Shown here piece by piece: positions 1 to 8,688 of a stretch of DNA of 30,827 nucleotides (positions are counted from its first letter, which is position 1; each line of letters begins with the position of its first letter). Source of the DNA: a virus (Duplodnaviria > Heunggongvirae > Uroviricota > Caudoviricetes); IMG/VR virus record IMGVR_UViG_2897375277_000004. The stretch is one strand, 5' to 3'. A model generated the notes under the pieces. The model searched no databases. It worked only from the letters and a program-made list of their open reading frames with translations, and was not told the DNA's origin. A program made the position numbers and the translations under genes.

Positions 1-219
1 TCACATCCACATAATTTGCTGCCCTGACGGCAACGGGTGCGGCCTTACGGCGTGGACTTCTCCCGGCTTCACGATGTATCGCTGTACCGACTCATAAGTG
101 ATGAACGTGGCGCTGCAATTCACATTCTGGCACTGGTGATAACGCTCTTTTGTCGTGTCAGTGATATAGCGACTTGTACGCGCATGTGCGGCATGCTGGC
201 ATAAAGGACAATGAAACAT
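1..219 (-). CDS. ogr: Ogr late-gene transcription activator, C4 zinc finger
   Basis: 72-aa product from internal Met (MFHCPLCQHAAHAR...); CPLC...C..C cysteine pattern; position next to D as in P2; stop at 1..3. Confidence 0.9.
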   Translation of the reverse strand: MFHCPLCQHAAHARTSRYITDTTKERYHQCQNVNCSATFITYESVQRYIVKPGEVHAVRPHPLPSGQQIMWM

Positions 220-253
220 CGCGAGCACCTCTTCCGGTTTTGTTGATGGTGCC

Positions 254-282
254 ATTTTAGTTAATTTATCCTTACAAAACAA
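254..282 (-). promoter_or_regulatory. Candidate sigma70 promoter for ogr (-35 TTGTTT, 17-bp spacer, -10 TAAAAT on minus strand)
   Basis: Hexamers read directly on the minus strand about 35-65 nt upstream of the ogr ATG; not verified experimentally. Confidence 0.3.
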
Positions 283-300
283 ACACATAAAATAAAAACA

Positions 301-1464
301 TCACTCATCATCTTCTGTTTCGTACTCCACATCAGAAAGCCTGACCTCAAGCTCTAAGGACGTCGTGAAGCCGCTATTATTCAGAAAATGTGTCACCTTA
401 GTGATGGTCCAGTCCTGCTCGTCTATGACGCGCTTAAAGCCTGACACTTTGACCGGTGTTTCCGTGTAAATATCTGCCCGACCGGTAGCCAGGCTGATGG
501 AGAACTCCGCAACGCCCCGTTGCAGTTTATCCCACTTCGCCTGAGCGGCACGCATGGCCTGCGCTTTTGTGGCATATACCGTGGTCAGGGCAAAAACGTT
601 GTCAGCCTCACCGGCCATGTATTCACCTTCGCGCGCTTCCGGTACTTTTGGCGCTTTCTTCTGCGTGACCGGTTTCGCTTTCGGGTGCTCCAGTGCGCGC
701 AGGTGTTTCTCTTTCTTTTTGCGTTTCAGTTTTACCTTCTGCTTTTGCGGCTTCGGGTCTTTGGTGTGTAACCACTTTGCCGTTACGCCGGTGTAAGCTC
801 CACGGTCAGCAATCGCAAAATGATGACGGTCGCCGTCGCTGCGGGTGATGGTAATCTGCGGGATTTTTTTACCGCTGGCCGTCACCCCCTGCCCCGCTTT
901 GAGAAACAGCAGTTTTCCCATTTTTACCGACACCTCACCGCCGTTGCGCTCTGCAAGACGGGTCAGGAATTTCGCATCAGACTCCTGCGACTGGTCGATG
1001 TGCGGGATTTTAATTCCGGCCAGTGACGGAGCGACACTGGCTTCCAGCCTGTTACGGGAGGCAATCGCCTCAACAATCGCACCGAGCGTGGTGTCATGCC
1101 AGGAGCCTTCACGGCGGGAATTGAGCGTCCCGCGGAAATCTGCACTCCGGGCGCGGATGGTGACCACATCCGGCGCGCCCCGGTGTTCAACCTCATCAAC
1201 GGTAAATTTCCCTTTGCATACCAGGGCAAAACCTTTCCAGCCGATATACACCGTCAGGACAGCGCCACGAACCGGCAGCCCGACCTGCCCGTCGGCATCG
1301 TTCAGTTCAATATCAAGCTGGTCAGCCTCAAAGCCCCGGTTATCCGTCAGGGTCATGCTCATCAGACGGTCACTGATATTGCCGGTAATATCCCTGCTGT
1401 CGAGCATCAGCATGTAATCCGGCGTCAGCGTACTGCCTGCATCAAATGTCAGCGCATCCAGCAT
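301..1464 (-). CDS. D: Tail protein D (late control/tail formation)
   Basis: 387-aa ORF, same length and position as P2 gpD; lysine-rich central segment; start overlaps U stop. Confidence 0.92.
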   Translation of the reverse strand: MLDALTFDAGSTLTPDYMLMLDSRDITGNISDRLMSMTLTDNRGFEADQLDIELNDADGQVGLPVRGAVLTVYIGWKGFALVCKGKFTVDEVEHRGAPDVVTIRARSADFRGTLNSRREGSWHDTTLGAIVEAIASRNRLEASVAPSLAGIKIPHIDQSQESDAKFLTRLAERNGGEVSVKMGKLLFLKAGQGVTASGKKIPQITITRSDGDRHHFAIADRGAYTGVTAKWLHTKDPKPQKQKVKLKRKKKEKHLRALEHPKAKPVTQKKAPKVPEAREGEYMAGEADNVFALTTVYATKAQAMRAAQAKWDKLQRGVAEFSISLATGRADIYTETPVKVSGFKRVIDEQDWTITKVTHFLNNSGFTTSLELEVRLSDVEYETEDDE

Positions 1465-1943
1465 TATCCCGCCCCCGTCATACCCGTGAATTTAGTCGCC
1501 ATACTGCCAGCCTTACCGATGAGCGATTCCGCCTGTTTACCGATATCGCCATAAAGCGCGGCCAGTGATTCATCAACGCGGGTGAGCGACAGCGTAAAAT
1601 CAATTTTCCGGGGTGTGCCGTCTGCAAAGAAAATACTCCCTGTTTCACTCACCTTGCTGATGACATACATGCCGTAAATCATGCCGGTGCCATCCAGCAA
1701 CGGCCACGCCCGGCCTTCCTCTGCCATCAGTCTGAGCGTGGTCATCGTCAGCTTGCCGCCGGTCAGTTCGGGATAAAGCACACCGGCAAGCGTGATGTTT
1801 TCCTCACCCACACCGAGAAACTGAAAGGCATCCCGTTTACCGATACGGGAATTTGACGGCCAGCGATAATCTGATTCACGCTGCATGGTCTGGTGTGGCA
1901 GCGTCTGGCGCATAAAAACAAACATACCTAACGCGAGCATCAT
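1464..1943 (-). CDS. U: Tail protein U
   Basis: 159-aa ORF, P2 gpU length and position between T and D. Confidence 0.9.
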   Translation of the reverse strand: MMLALGMFVFMRQTLPHQTMQRESDYRWPSNSRIGKRDAFQFLGVGEENITLAGVLYPELTGGKLTMTTLRLMAEEGRAWPLLDGTGMIYGMYVISKVSETGSIFFADGTPRKIDFTLSLTRVDESLAALYGDIGKQAESLIGKAGSMATKFTGMTGAG

Positions 1944-1957
1944 TTTTCGTCACCTCC

Positions 1958-4405
1958 TTAACCGTCATGCATCATGCTGGCACGGGCGCGCGCACGTTTA
2001 TCCCGCTCGTATTTTTCGAGCGCATCCTGTAACTGGCGGTCAAGCTGTGTCCCCGGCGCAGTACCACCCGTCAGGCTGATGTGATATTCGTTTTTACTCT
2101 GGTCTACATAAGAGCGGCCAGCCGGTGCCGTGACCGGCTGATAAGCCTGATAGCCTGCATAAGAGCTGGTCGCCGGAATATAACCACCGGTGCCATACGT
2201 GGCGGCATTAGTCCTTGCGGCGGTCTGGTCAAGTGTGTCTGACTCTTTGTTGATAACACCGAGTTTTTCCAGTACCCAGTCAATACCACTGCGCAGTTTG
2301 TTGAACGCATTAAGCGGCAGCATCAGCGCATCAGCCAGTGCCTGCCCGAACATGACCCCCGTGTCACGGCAACTGTTCAGGGTGTCCTGAGTGGCTTTGA
2401 CCGGGGCAATCAGGTTTTTAAACCACTGCCACGCGGCCTGTAACTTTTCACCCAGCCAGTCAAACACCGGCTTAAGTGGCGTGAACAGTTCCCCCACCGG
2501 CGCAAATGCCACTTTCAGCCCTTCAACCACACCGCCAAAGAATGCGCTGACAGGCTCCCAGTATTTACGGATAAGCAACGCCCCGGCGACAATTGCGGCC
2601 ACCACGGCCACAACCGGCCAGCTAATCGCCCCGATGGCGGTCATAACAGCACTGCCAACCGTCGTGAAGACTGCCCCCATTGCGCCTGCTGCCGCGATGA
2701 TGGCATTGATGCCGGTGATAACCGGCCAGGCTACAAGACCAATGGCACCGATGATGCCAGTCAGCACCAGTGCGCCACCGGCAATGAGGCCGATGGTTGA
2801 CGCCAGTGATTTGTTTTTCTGTATCCAGCCGTCGAGTTTTAACACATACTTTGTGGCCATCTGCGTGAGCTTACGCAGCGCACCTTCCTGCTGGTCAAAC
2901 AGGTCAGTCCCTACCGCCTCATAAGCGGACTGAAACTCCTTAAAGTCACCGCCGAGGTTGTCCTGCATGATATTTACCAGCTCCGCGGCCTTCCCGTCTG
3001 AGGCTTTAAACGCAGCGGTCAGTTTGTCCAGCTTTCCGGTTGAGGCGGCAGTAATCAGCACGGCGGCGGCTGAGCTGGCCTCCTCCCCGAAAATGGTTTT
3101 CATGTATTCAGCCTGCTGGGCAGTACCGAGCCGGTTTTTCTCAAAACTGGCCTGCATTTCTTTCAGAATGGTAAATATTGGCCGGGTGTTTCCCTTGCTG
3201 TCTGAGGTTTTCACTCCAAGCTCTTTGAGAGCATCCCATGCTTTTCCCGTCGGTGCCTGCAGGCGGCTTAACACGGCACGGCTTCCCGTCCCCGCCATTG
3301 AGCCTGTGATTTTTGCATCATGCAGCGCCCCGACCATTGCGGCGGTTTCTTCAATGCTGACACCGGCATTTTTTGCCACAGGTGCGGCATAGGTCAGCGC
3401 ATCGCTCATGCCGTCAAAATCGGCGGCGGTTTTGTTCATCGTCATGGAGAGAACATCCCCGATATGAGCGACCTTATCGTTTGAAAGCTGAAAGGCGGAT
3501 TTCATCCCCATCAGCAGGGCGGCGTTTTCTTCCATCGTGCGGCGGTTCGCCAGCGCCATATTCAGCGTGACCGGCGTTGCCGCCTGAATGGCATCAACAT
3601 CCCCACCGGCTTTCGCAATAATAATCTGCGCACCGGCTGCATCATCTGCCGAGGCGGCGGTATTGTCGCCAAGCTGACGCGCCTGTTTGCGTAGTGCGGC
3701 CATTTCGGTGGAGTCTTTTGCCACTCCGAGCACAGCCTGTAATTCTGAGTTTTTCTGCGCAAACTCATAACCGGGCATCAGCAGCTTAACTCCGGCCATC
3801 GTTCCCGCAGCAGCAATCCCCACACCGGCAGCGCCCACTGAGGCCATATTTCCGGCCAGTTCCTTTCCGGCCTGATAACGCTGTTTGACTGCGTTAAGTT
3901 TTGCCTGTTGTGCACTGACACGCGCCAGCGCGTCACGCTGACGGTTAAGCTGTGCGGTGGTTTCACTGATACGGTTTTTCAGTCCCTGCTCATCATGTGC
4001 AAGATTGCGGGTATTAATTCCCACAACGGCCAGTTCCCGCTGCTGGCGTTTAACGGAATCCGTCAGGCGGTTATATTTCGCCTGTAAGTCCTCCGCCGCA
4101 CGCTTTGCTGATTCCAGCACTTTCGCCTGAGCACGGGTCGGTCGTTCGGTATTTTTAAACTGTGTGGCAAGGGCTTCGGCTTCCTGCCGCGCCTTTTCAA
4201 GTGCATGACCAGTCACGGCGAGCTGTGCACTGGTCTTGCGAAATCCCTCAATACGGGATGCCTGACCGTTCAGCTCGCGCAGTGATTTTTGTGTTTCCCG
4301 GATATCCCCCGACAGCGATTTGCTCGCTGTGCGGATGGATTTAAACGGGCGGGATGCCTGGTCAACAGCCCTGAGCAATACCTGTAATTTTACATTGTTA
4401 CTCAT
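1958..4405 (-). CDS. T: Tail tape measure protein T
   Basis: 815-aa ORF with coiled-coil N-terminal part and Gly/Ala-rich hydrophobic segments typical of tape measure proteins; same length as P2 gpT. Confidence 0.92.
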   Translation of the reverse strand: MSNNVKLQVLLRAVDQASRPFKSIRTASKSLSGDIRETQKSLRELNGQASRIEGFRKTSAQLAVTGHALEKARQEAEALATQFKNTERPTRAQAKVLESAKRAAEDLQAKYNRLTDSVKRQQRELAVVGINTRNLAHDEQGLKNRISETTAQLNRQRDALARVSAQQAKLNAVKQRYQAGKELAGNMASVGAAGVGIAAAGTMAGVKLLMPGYEFAQKNSELQAVLGVAKDSTEMAALRKQARQLGDNTAASADDAAGAQIIIAKAGGDVDAIQAATPVTLNMALANRRTMEENAALLMGMKSAFQLSNDKVAHIGDVLSMTMNKTAADFDGMSDALTYAAPVAKNAGVSIEETAAMVGALHDAKITGSMAGTGSRAVLSRLQAPTGKAWDALKELGVKTSDSKGNTRPIFTILKEMQASFEKNRLGTAQQAEYMKTIFGEEASSAAAVLITAASTGKLDKLTAAFKASDGKAAELVNIMQDNLGGDFKEFQSAYEAVGTDLFDQQEGALRKLTQMATKYVLKLDGWIQKNKSLASTIGLIAGGALVLTGIIGAIGLVAWPVITGINAIIAAAGAMGAVFTTVGSAVMTAIGAISWPVVAVVAAIVAGALLIRKYWEPVSAFFGGVVEGLKVAFAPVGELFTPLKPVFDWLGEKLQAAWQWFKNLIAPVKATQDTLNSCRDTGVMFGQALADALMLPLNAFNKLRSGIDWVLEKLGVINKESDTLDQTAARTNAATYGTGGYIPATSSYAGYQAYQPVTAPAGRSYVDQSKNEYHISLTGGTAPGTQLDRQLQDALEKYERDKRARARASMMHDG

Positions 4406-4825
4406 TCGTGTTTCCGCTTCGCCGGAGCGCCTTTTCGCGCCATGTGATGAGTTCGGTCAGGCTCATGGGATATAGTTCTGATGGCGGCCAGTGAAATATC
4501 ACTGCCACATCCGCCATCAGGTCATCGACCGAGAGATTTTTCGGAAACGTCACTGCACCGAGTTCGGCGACAAAAAACCGACCACCTTACCGGCCAGCGC
4601 CACAAGGTCAGGCAGTTCCAGCGCGGCGACCTCCTGCTCGGTCAGCATCGGTGCCGTCATGCGCGGCAGCACTTTAATCAGTGCATCGACTTCGGAGTTT
4701 GCGACCGCAGCCAGACTGACACCGCGCAGCGTCCCGGCACTGGGTTTCATCAGCGTGACCTGTTCGATAACCTGCTCACCACGCTTGACCGGATTGTCCA
4801 GGGTAATCACATTTTCTTTGTTCAT
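4398..4825 (-). CDS. Tail assembly chaperone E+E' produced by programmed -1 frameshift
   Basis: The -1 frame after T TTT TTG stays open (V A E L G A V T F P K N L S V D D L M A D V A V I F H W P P S E L Y P M S L T E L I T W R E K A L R R S G N T N E) to a TAA at 4398..4400 that overlaps the T start codon. Confidence 0.75.
4550..4825 (-). CDS. E: Tail assembly chaperone E
   Basis: 91-aa ORF directly upstream of T; ends 8 codons after the slippery heptamer. Confidence 0.85.
   Translation of the reverse strand: MNKENVITLDNPVKRGEQVIEQVTLMKPSAGTLRGVSLAAVANSEVDALIKVLPRMTAPMLTEQEVAALELPDLVALAGKVVGFLSPNSVQ
4571..4577 (-). other. Slippery heptamer T TTT TTG (programmed -1 frameshift site, E to E')
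   Basis: Minus-strand GGT TTT TTG TCG in the E frame, 8 codons before the E stop; arrangement analogous to lambda G/GT. Confidence 0.75.
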
Positions 4826-4882
4826 GGTTTTCTCACTTCTGAATCGGGGGTTAACCGGTCAGCCTGGCTGACCGGATGAAAA

Positions 4883-5401
4883 TCACAGGCCGATATTGCG
4901 GCGGTGTTGCTCCAGCCGGTCGACGCCGTTCACCTTCTCAATCATGTTGATGGTGTCAATTTCGACCAGCTCCTTACCGTCCATCGTCAGCCGGAAATAG
5001 GTGCAGACCACGGAGATTTTCGACTCGGTATCTTCTCCCTGTTTCCCCTCGCCGGTGTCGATTTCTTTCTGACGTCCACGCATGACCACCTCGACGGCCA
5101 CCGTTTCGCCGGTATCGTCGCGCTGGTAAGAGCCTGCAAAACGAATCGGTACGGCATCCACACCGGTTGCGGCGTAAAGCTCCCAGATAACCGAATCCGG
5201 GAAGCCCCCGAGCGACCACTCCATTGACAGCGCATCGTCATCAAGGCCGAGGTCTACCGGTGCGCTGCCGTTCATCCCCGCACCGCGATAGTTTTCGAGC
5301 TTACGGGTCAGTTTTGGCAGCGTGACGGACTTTGCAACGCCCTGATAGCTGTAGCCGTTCAGAAAGACGTTCATTAACTTGAGTTTGCGCGGCATTGCCA
5401 T
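4883..5401 (-). CDS. FII: Tail tube protein FII
   Basis: 172-aa ORF following FI; P2 gpFII length. Confidence 0.92.
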   Translation of the reverse strand: MAMPRKLKLMNVFLNGYSYQGVAKSVTLPKLTRKLENYRGAGMNGSAPVDLGLDDDALSMEWSLGGFPDSVIWELYAATGVDAVPIRFAGSYQRDDTGETVAVEVVMRGRQKEIDTGEGKQGEDTESKISVVCTYFRLTMDGKELVEIDTINMIEKVNGVDRLEQHRRNIGL

Positions 5402-5413
5402 CGGTCAGACTCC

Positions 5414-6604
5414 TTAATTGCTGTTAACCGAGGTGACCAGACCTGCCAGGTATCTTGAAGTAATACGCTGGCGCAGGGTCAGGTTTTCGAGAGGAGGCAC
5501 CGGGGTATAGTCGTAGTCGATATACAGTTTTCCGGCCTTGAGGGTTTCCGCATCGTTGGATTCTTCACTGAACCAGCATGTGCCATCCACGATATAACCG
5601 TTGTTTTTCAGCTCGCGGAATTTGGCATTGATGCCATCAATGATGTCGCGAATCAGCGTTGCGGTGATGGGCTTATCAATAGCCCACATGTGCGCCTCAG
5701 CCATCGTGTCGGCCAGTACCTGCGCGGTGCGGGTGTAGCTTTCAAAGAGGAATAGTGGGTCATCGGAGCAGGTACGGTTACCCCAGAAACGGAAACCGTC
5801 GCGGCGAACCAGCGTTGTGACGCCTGCCTCGTTCAGCAGGTCAGCATCAGTACCAGACTTCTGCAAATCCCAGAATACAGATGCACTGATGCCGGTAACA
5901 CCGTTTACCCCGACGTTGGACAGCGTTTTATGCCAGCCCTGCTCCTGGTCGATTTTAGCGCGCAGACCCAGCGCACGGGCGGTGGCATACGCGGTGGCGG
6001 TGGCACTGGTGACCGTATCCCATGCGAGGAAATCCGGCCAGATGACCATCAGCTCACGCTGGCTGAAATTCTGACGGTAGGCTTTTGCCTCGGAAATGGT
6101 TTTACAGCCCCATGCGCTGATATACCCGAATGCATTCAGTTCCTGGCATACCGATGCCAGTGCGACGGCGACCTCTTTGGTGTCCAGTCCCGGCACGCCG
6201 AGAATACGCGGTTTAACGCCGGTAACCGACTCAGCGCCCATCAGGGCTTTCAGTCCGGTGTACTGACCGTTTTCGTCGGTGGTGCCGATGATATTGGAAA
6301 CGGTCTGCGCGAGTTTCGTTTCCTCGTCGTCGCCGGTGCCGTCTTCCACACGCACGACAACGGTGACCGGTTTTGACTGGTCGGCGATGGCCTGCAACGA
6401 TGCCGCCAGCGTGCCTTTTTTACCGGCCTTTGCAATTGCGCTCTGCACATTGGTAATCAGCACAGGTTTATTGAGGGGGAAGGTTTCCGCATCCGCATCG
6501 CTGGCCGTGCAGACCATGCCGACAATGGCAGTGGATACGGTGGAAATGACGCGGGTGCCGTCGTTAATCTCCAGCACCTGCACGCCGTGATGATAGTCAC
6601 TCAT
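5414..6604 (-). CDS. FI: Contractile tail sheath protein FI
   Basis: 396-aa ORF; P2 gpFI length; first gene of the FI-FII-E-T-U-D operon. Confidence 0.92.
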   Translation of the reverse strand: MSDYHHGVQVLEINDGTRVISTVSTAIVGMVCTASDADAETFPLNKPVLITNVQSAIAKAGKKGTLAASLQAIADQSKPVTVVVRVEDGTGDDEETKLAQTVSNIIGTTDENGQYTGLKALMGAESVTGVKPRILGVPGLDTKEVAVALASVCQELNAFGYISAWGCKTISEAKAYRQNFSQRELMVIWPDFLAWDTVTSATATAYATARALGLRAKIDQEQGWHKTLSNVGVNGVTGISASVFWDLQKSGTDADLLNEAGVTTLVRRDGFRFWGNRTCSDDPLFLFESYTRTAQVLADTMAEAHMWAIDKPITATLIRDIIDGINAKFRELKNNGYIVDGTCWFSEESNDAETLKAGKLYIDYDYTPVPPLENLTLRQRITSRYLAGLVTSVNSN

Positions 6605-6903
6605 CCGTTTAACTCCGTGGTTAATGGGTGCAACTATTTTCTGTTGTGCAGAGCATGAGACGCTATTTGACCTGACTGGTCAGTGGATGAAACAACAGAT
6701 AAAGAAAAGGCGGACAATTCGCCCGCTATCCTGATTTGTACTCACTCATTTTCCAACTGACAGTTTACATAGCCCAAACGCTATCAAATCTGACAGCCTG
6801 CTTTGAGCGAACAGCAGACATTCATTAATATGTTTGTTAGGCTAACTTTATATGATGATTACTGAAATTGACCTTAGTTTGAGAATTGCATTAGGGGAAT
6901 AAA

Positions 6904-8010
6904 ATGGATGTCAATGAACTTAGAGAGTTACTTATCAAGTATAATGGCCTTCAAAATACTGATGAAGTCTATACGTTTTATTATGATGAAACGAATAACA
7001 TTCGAAAACTATATTTAAAAGATTCTGGCTTTAATGTTGTAAAGGCGGATAACTTCATCCTTGCAGGAATACTACACAAAGGGTTAAGCACTGACAGCGA
7101 TTATTCAACCCTGTTTCAAAAGCTTAATCTTCAAAAAAGTGTCAATGAGTTAAAACTCAGATATATCGCTAAGGGTAGTTTTTTGGATATGCTTAAATCC
7201 GATAAGCTTTTAATTATTCTAAACTGGCTTATCGAAAACAATTTCTACATCCATTATTTTAATCTTAATATCACATACTGGTCTATTATTGACATTGTTG
7301 ATTCTATTATTGGAGAGCTACATAATCCTTTTTATATCATGAACCACATGTCACTTAAGAGCGATTTTTATGAGCTTGCCAATAGCAATCCCGATGTTTT
7401 CCTGAATGCTCTACATAAATTTAACTACCCCGATATTCCAGAAGAAAAAGTTTATGAGTTTTGCCTCTGGCTTATCGATTTTACATGCATGCACAGTTGT
7501 ATGCTGCCAGATTTTCGAGCACACGCACTCGAAAATTTGGTTAAAGAATCTCTAAAAATCGAAGAACTACCGTTCATATCGGGATTTCATGGTCGAAAAC
7601 TGATCGATAGCTTTATGGTATTTTATTTAAGAAACTTGTATCTATTTAAAAATTCCGTTCACATATTTGATGAAGAAAAAAGCATTCAAGATGAAGTTAA
7701 AAACTTCCCGTTAACTGAAAATGGCATACCAATACAGAATCATGAATTCGTTAAATCCCACAACTCAGAGGCTATCCAACTATCTGATGTTATCGCAGGC
7801 TTTTTGGGTAAGTATTTTTCTTACTTAAAAGATGTAAATGACGAGCAATTAGCGATTGATAAGTCAGCCTTAACGAGCAAGCAATTTAAGACCCTTTCTG
7901 CGTTAAAACACATTATTGATGTTTCTGATGATGTTAGCAGAGGATTTTTTAATGAAGTTAGCAGCGAGGGAGAGCGACGGAGAAATAATCGTTTTTTACA
8001 TGGCGTATAA
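6904..8010 (+). CDS. Hypothetical cargo protein (368 aa) at the Z/fun variable locus; function unknown, candidate defence/exclusion gene
   Basis: Long ORF in visibly AT-rich DNA, opposite strand to all flanking late genes, good SD (AGGGG, 7 nt before ATG); motifs YYDET (aa 26-30) and IQLSDVIAG (aa 291-299). Confidence 0.7.
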   Translation: MDVNELRELLIKYNGLQNTDEVYTFYYDETNNIRKLYLKDSGFNVVKADNFILAGILHKGLSTDSDYSTLFQKLNLQKSVNELKLRYIAKGSFLDMLKSDKLLIILNWLIENNFYIHYFNLNITYWSIIDIVDSIIGELHNPFYIMNHMSLKSDFYELANSNPDVFLNALHKFNYPDIPEEKVYEFCLWLIDFTCMHSCMLPDFRAHALENLVKESLKIEELPFISGFHGRKLIDSFMVFYLRNLYLFKNSVHIFDEEKSIQDEVKNFPLTENGIPIQNHEFVKSHNSEAIQLSDVIAGFLGKYFSYLKDVNDEQLAIDKSALTSKQFKTLSALKHIIDVSDDVSRGFFNEVSSEGERRRNNRFLHGV

Positions 8011-8109
8011 TCGTAAGGGGTAAATTCTGCTTTTGGCACAGGGCGAACTGTCAGATTGGTTTTCACTCTGTGCCATAGATGTATAAACTCACATCAGAGC
8101 TTATACAAT

Positions 8110-8688
8110 TTATTGCGGCATTTCAGGCCATTCTATATTCGGAGCATCTTCCGGCTGAACTCGGTTAAGTAATACCCGGTATTTTTTCCATTTTGTCAGA
8201 CTTGATTTTTCTTCTTCGGTAGCCATATCTAAATCGACTGCATCCTGCAAAGTGGCAATAATTTCGCCTGCATATGCGGTCTGCTCTTTCTTCTGAAACT
8301 CAGCCTCCCTGACAAGCGCATCACGCTCTGCGCTCTCATCGTCCACCCACGCATTCCCGTTCCATTTCTGATAGTTGCCGGTCGGGGAAATTGTTGTTAC
8401 ATCAGATGGTAATGAGCCAAGTTCAGAAATATAAATGGCTGCTCCTGTTTTTGTTTCATAGACAGTCTTTCCGCGATGGTCTTCCACCAGCTCCCATTTC
8501 ATTTCATCTGCATTGAAAACGGCGGCAAAACCCACCGGAATATCTGGAGGTGCAATGTCTGTACTGTTTGCAGGAAGACCTGTATGCGGCGGAATATATG
8601 CGTCACTTTCGCCAATAAATTCATTGGTTCCATCAAGTAAATTGAAAACGCGGATGGTTTGTGCCTCTGCACTCATTCTGAAAGTCAT
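8110..8688 (-). CDS. G: Tail fibre assembly chaperone
   Basis: 192-aa ORF immediately downstream of tail fibre gene H, sharing a stop/start overlap; P2 gpG position but longer than P2 gpG (175 aa as recalled). Confidence 0.85.
   Translation of the reverse strand: MTFRMSAEAQTIRVFNLLDGTNEFIGESDAYIPPHTGLPANSTDIAPPDIPVGFAAVFNADEMKWELVEDHRGKTVYETKTGAAIYISELGSLPSDVTTISPTGNYQKWNGNAWVDDESAERDALVREAEFQKKEQTAYAGEIIATLQDAVDLDMATEEEKSSLTKWKKYRVLLNRVQPEDAPNIEWPEMPQ

Noticed and set aside
845-1417. 190-aa plus-strand ORF (and similar ORFs at 520..771, 1096..1554, 2391..2924, 2958..3392) inside genes D and T
   Set aside because: Antisense shadow ORFs within well-supported minus-strand P2 late genes; Pro/Arg/Ser-rich, no SD, no independent support.
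6605-6700. Search for the Ogr-type TGT-N12-ACA dyad upstream of FI, and likewise in 19193..19365
   Set aside because: Only a near-miss (TGT-N12-ACG at about 6645..6662) was found by eye and it is too close to the FI start codon; no site asserted.
7960-8010. R-x5-H arrangement (RNNRFLH) at the extreme C-terminus of the 368-aa cargo protein as a HEPN RNase signature
   Set aside because: Motif is too loose and sits in a terminal tail; not supported by any surrounding HEPN-like context visible in the sequence.
8035-8074. Inverted repeat GGCACAG ... CTGTGCC between the cargo gene stop and the G stop, considered as a bidirectional terminator
   Set aside because: 7-bp stem with a 26-nt loop and no U-tract on either strand; too weak to call.
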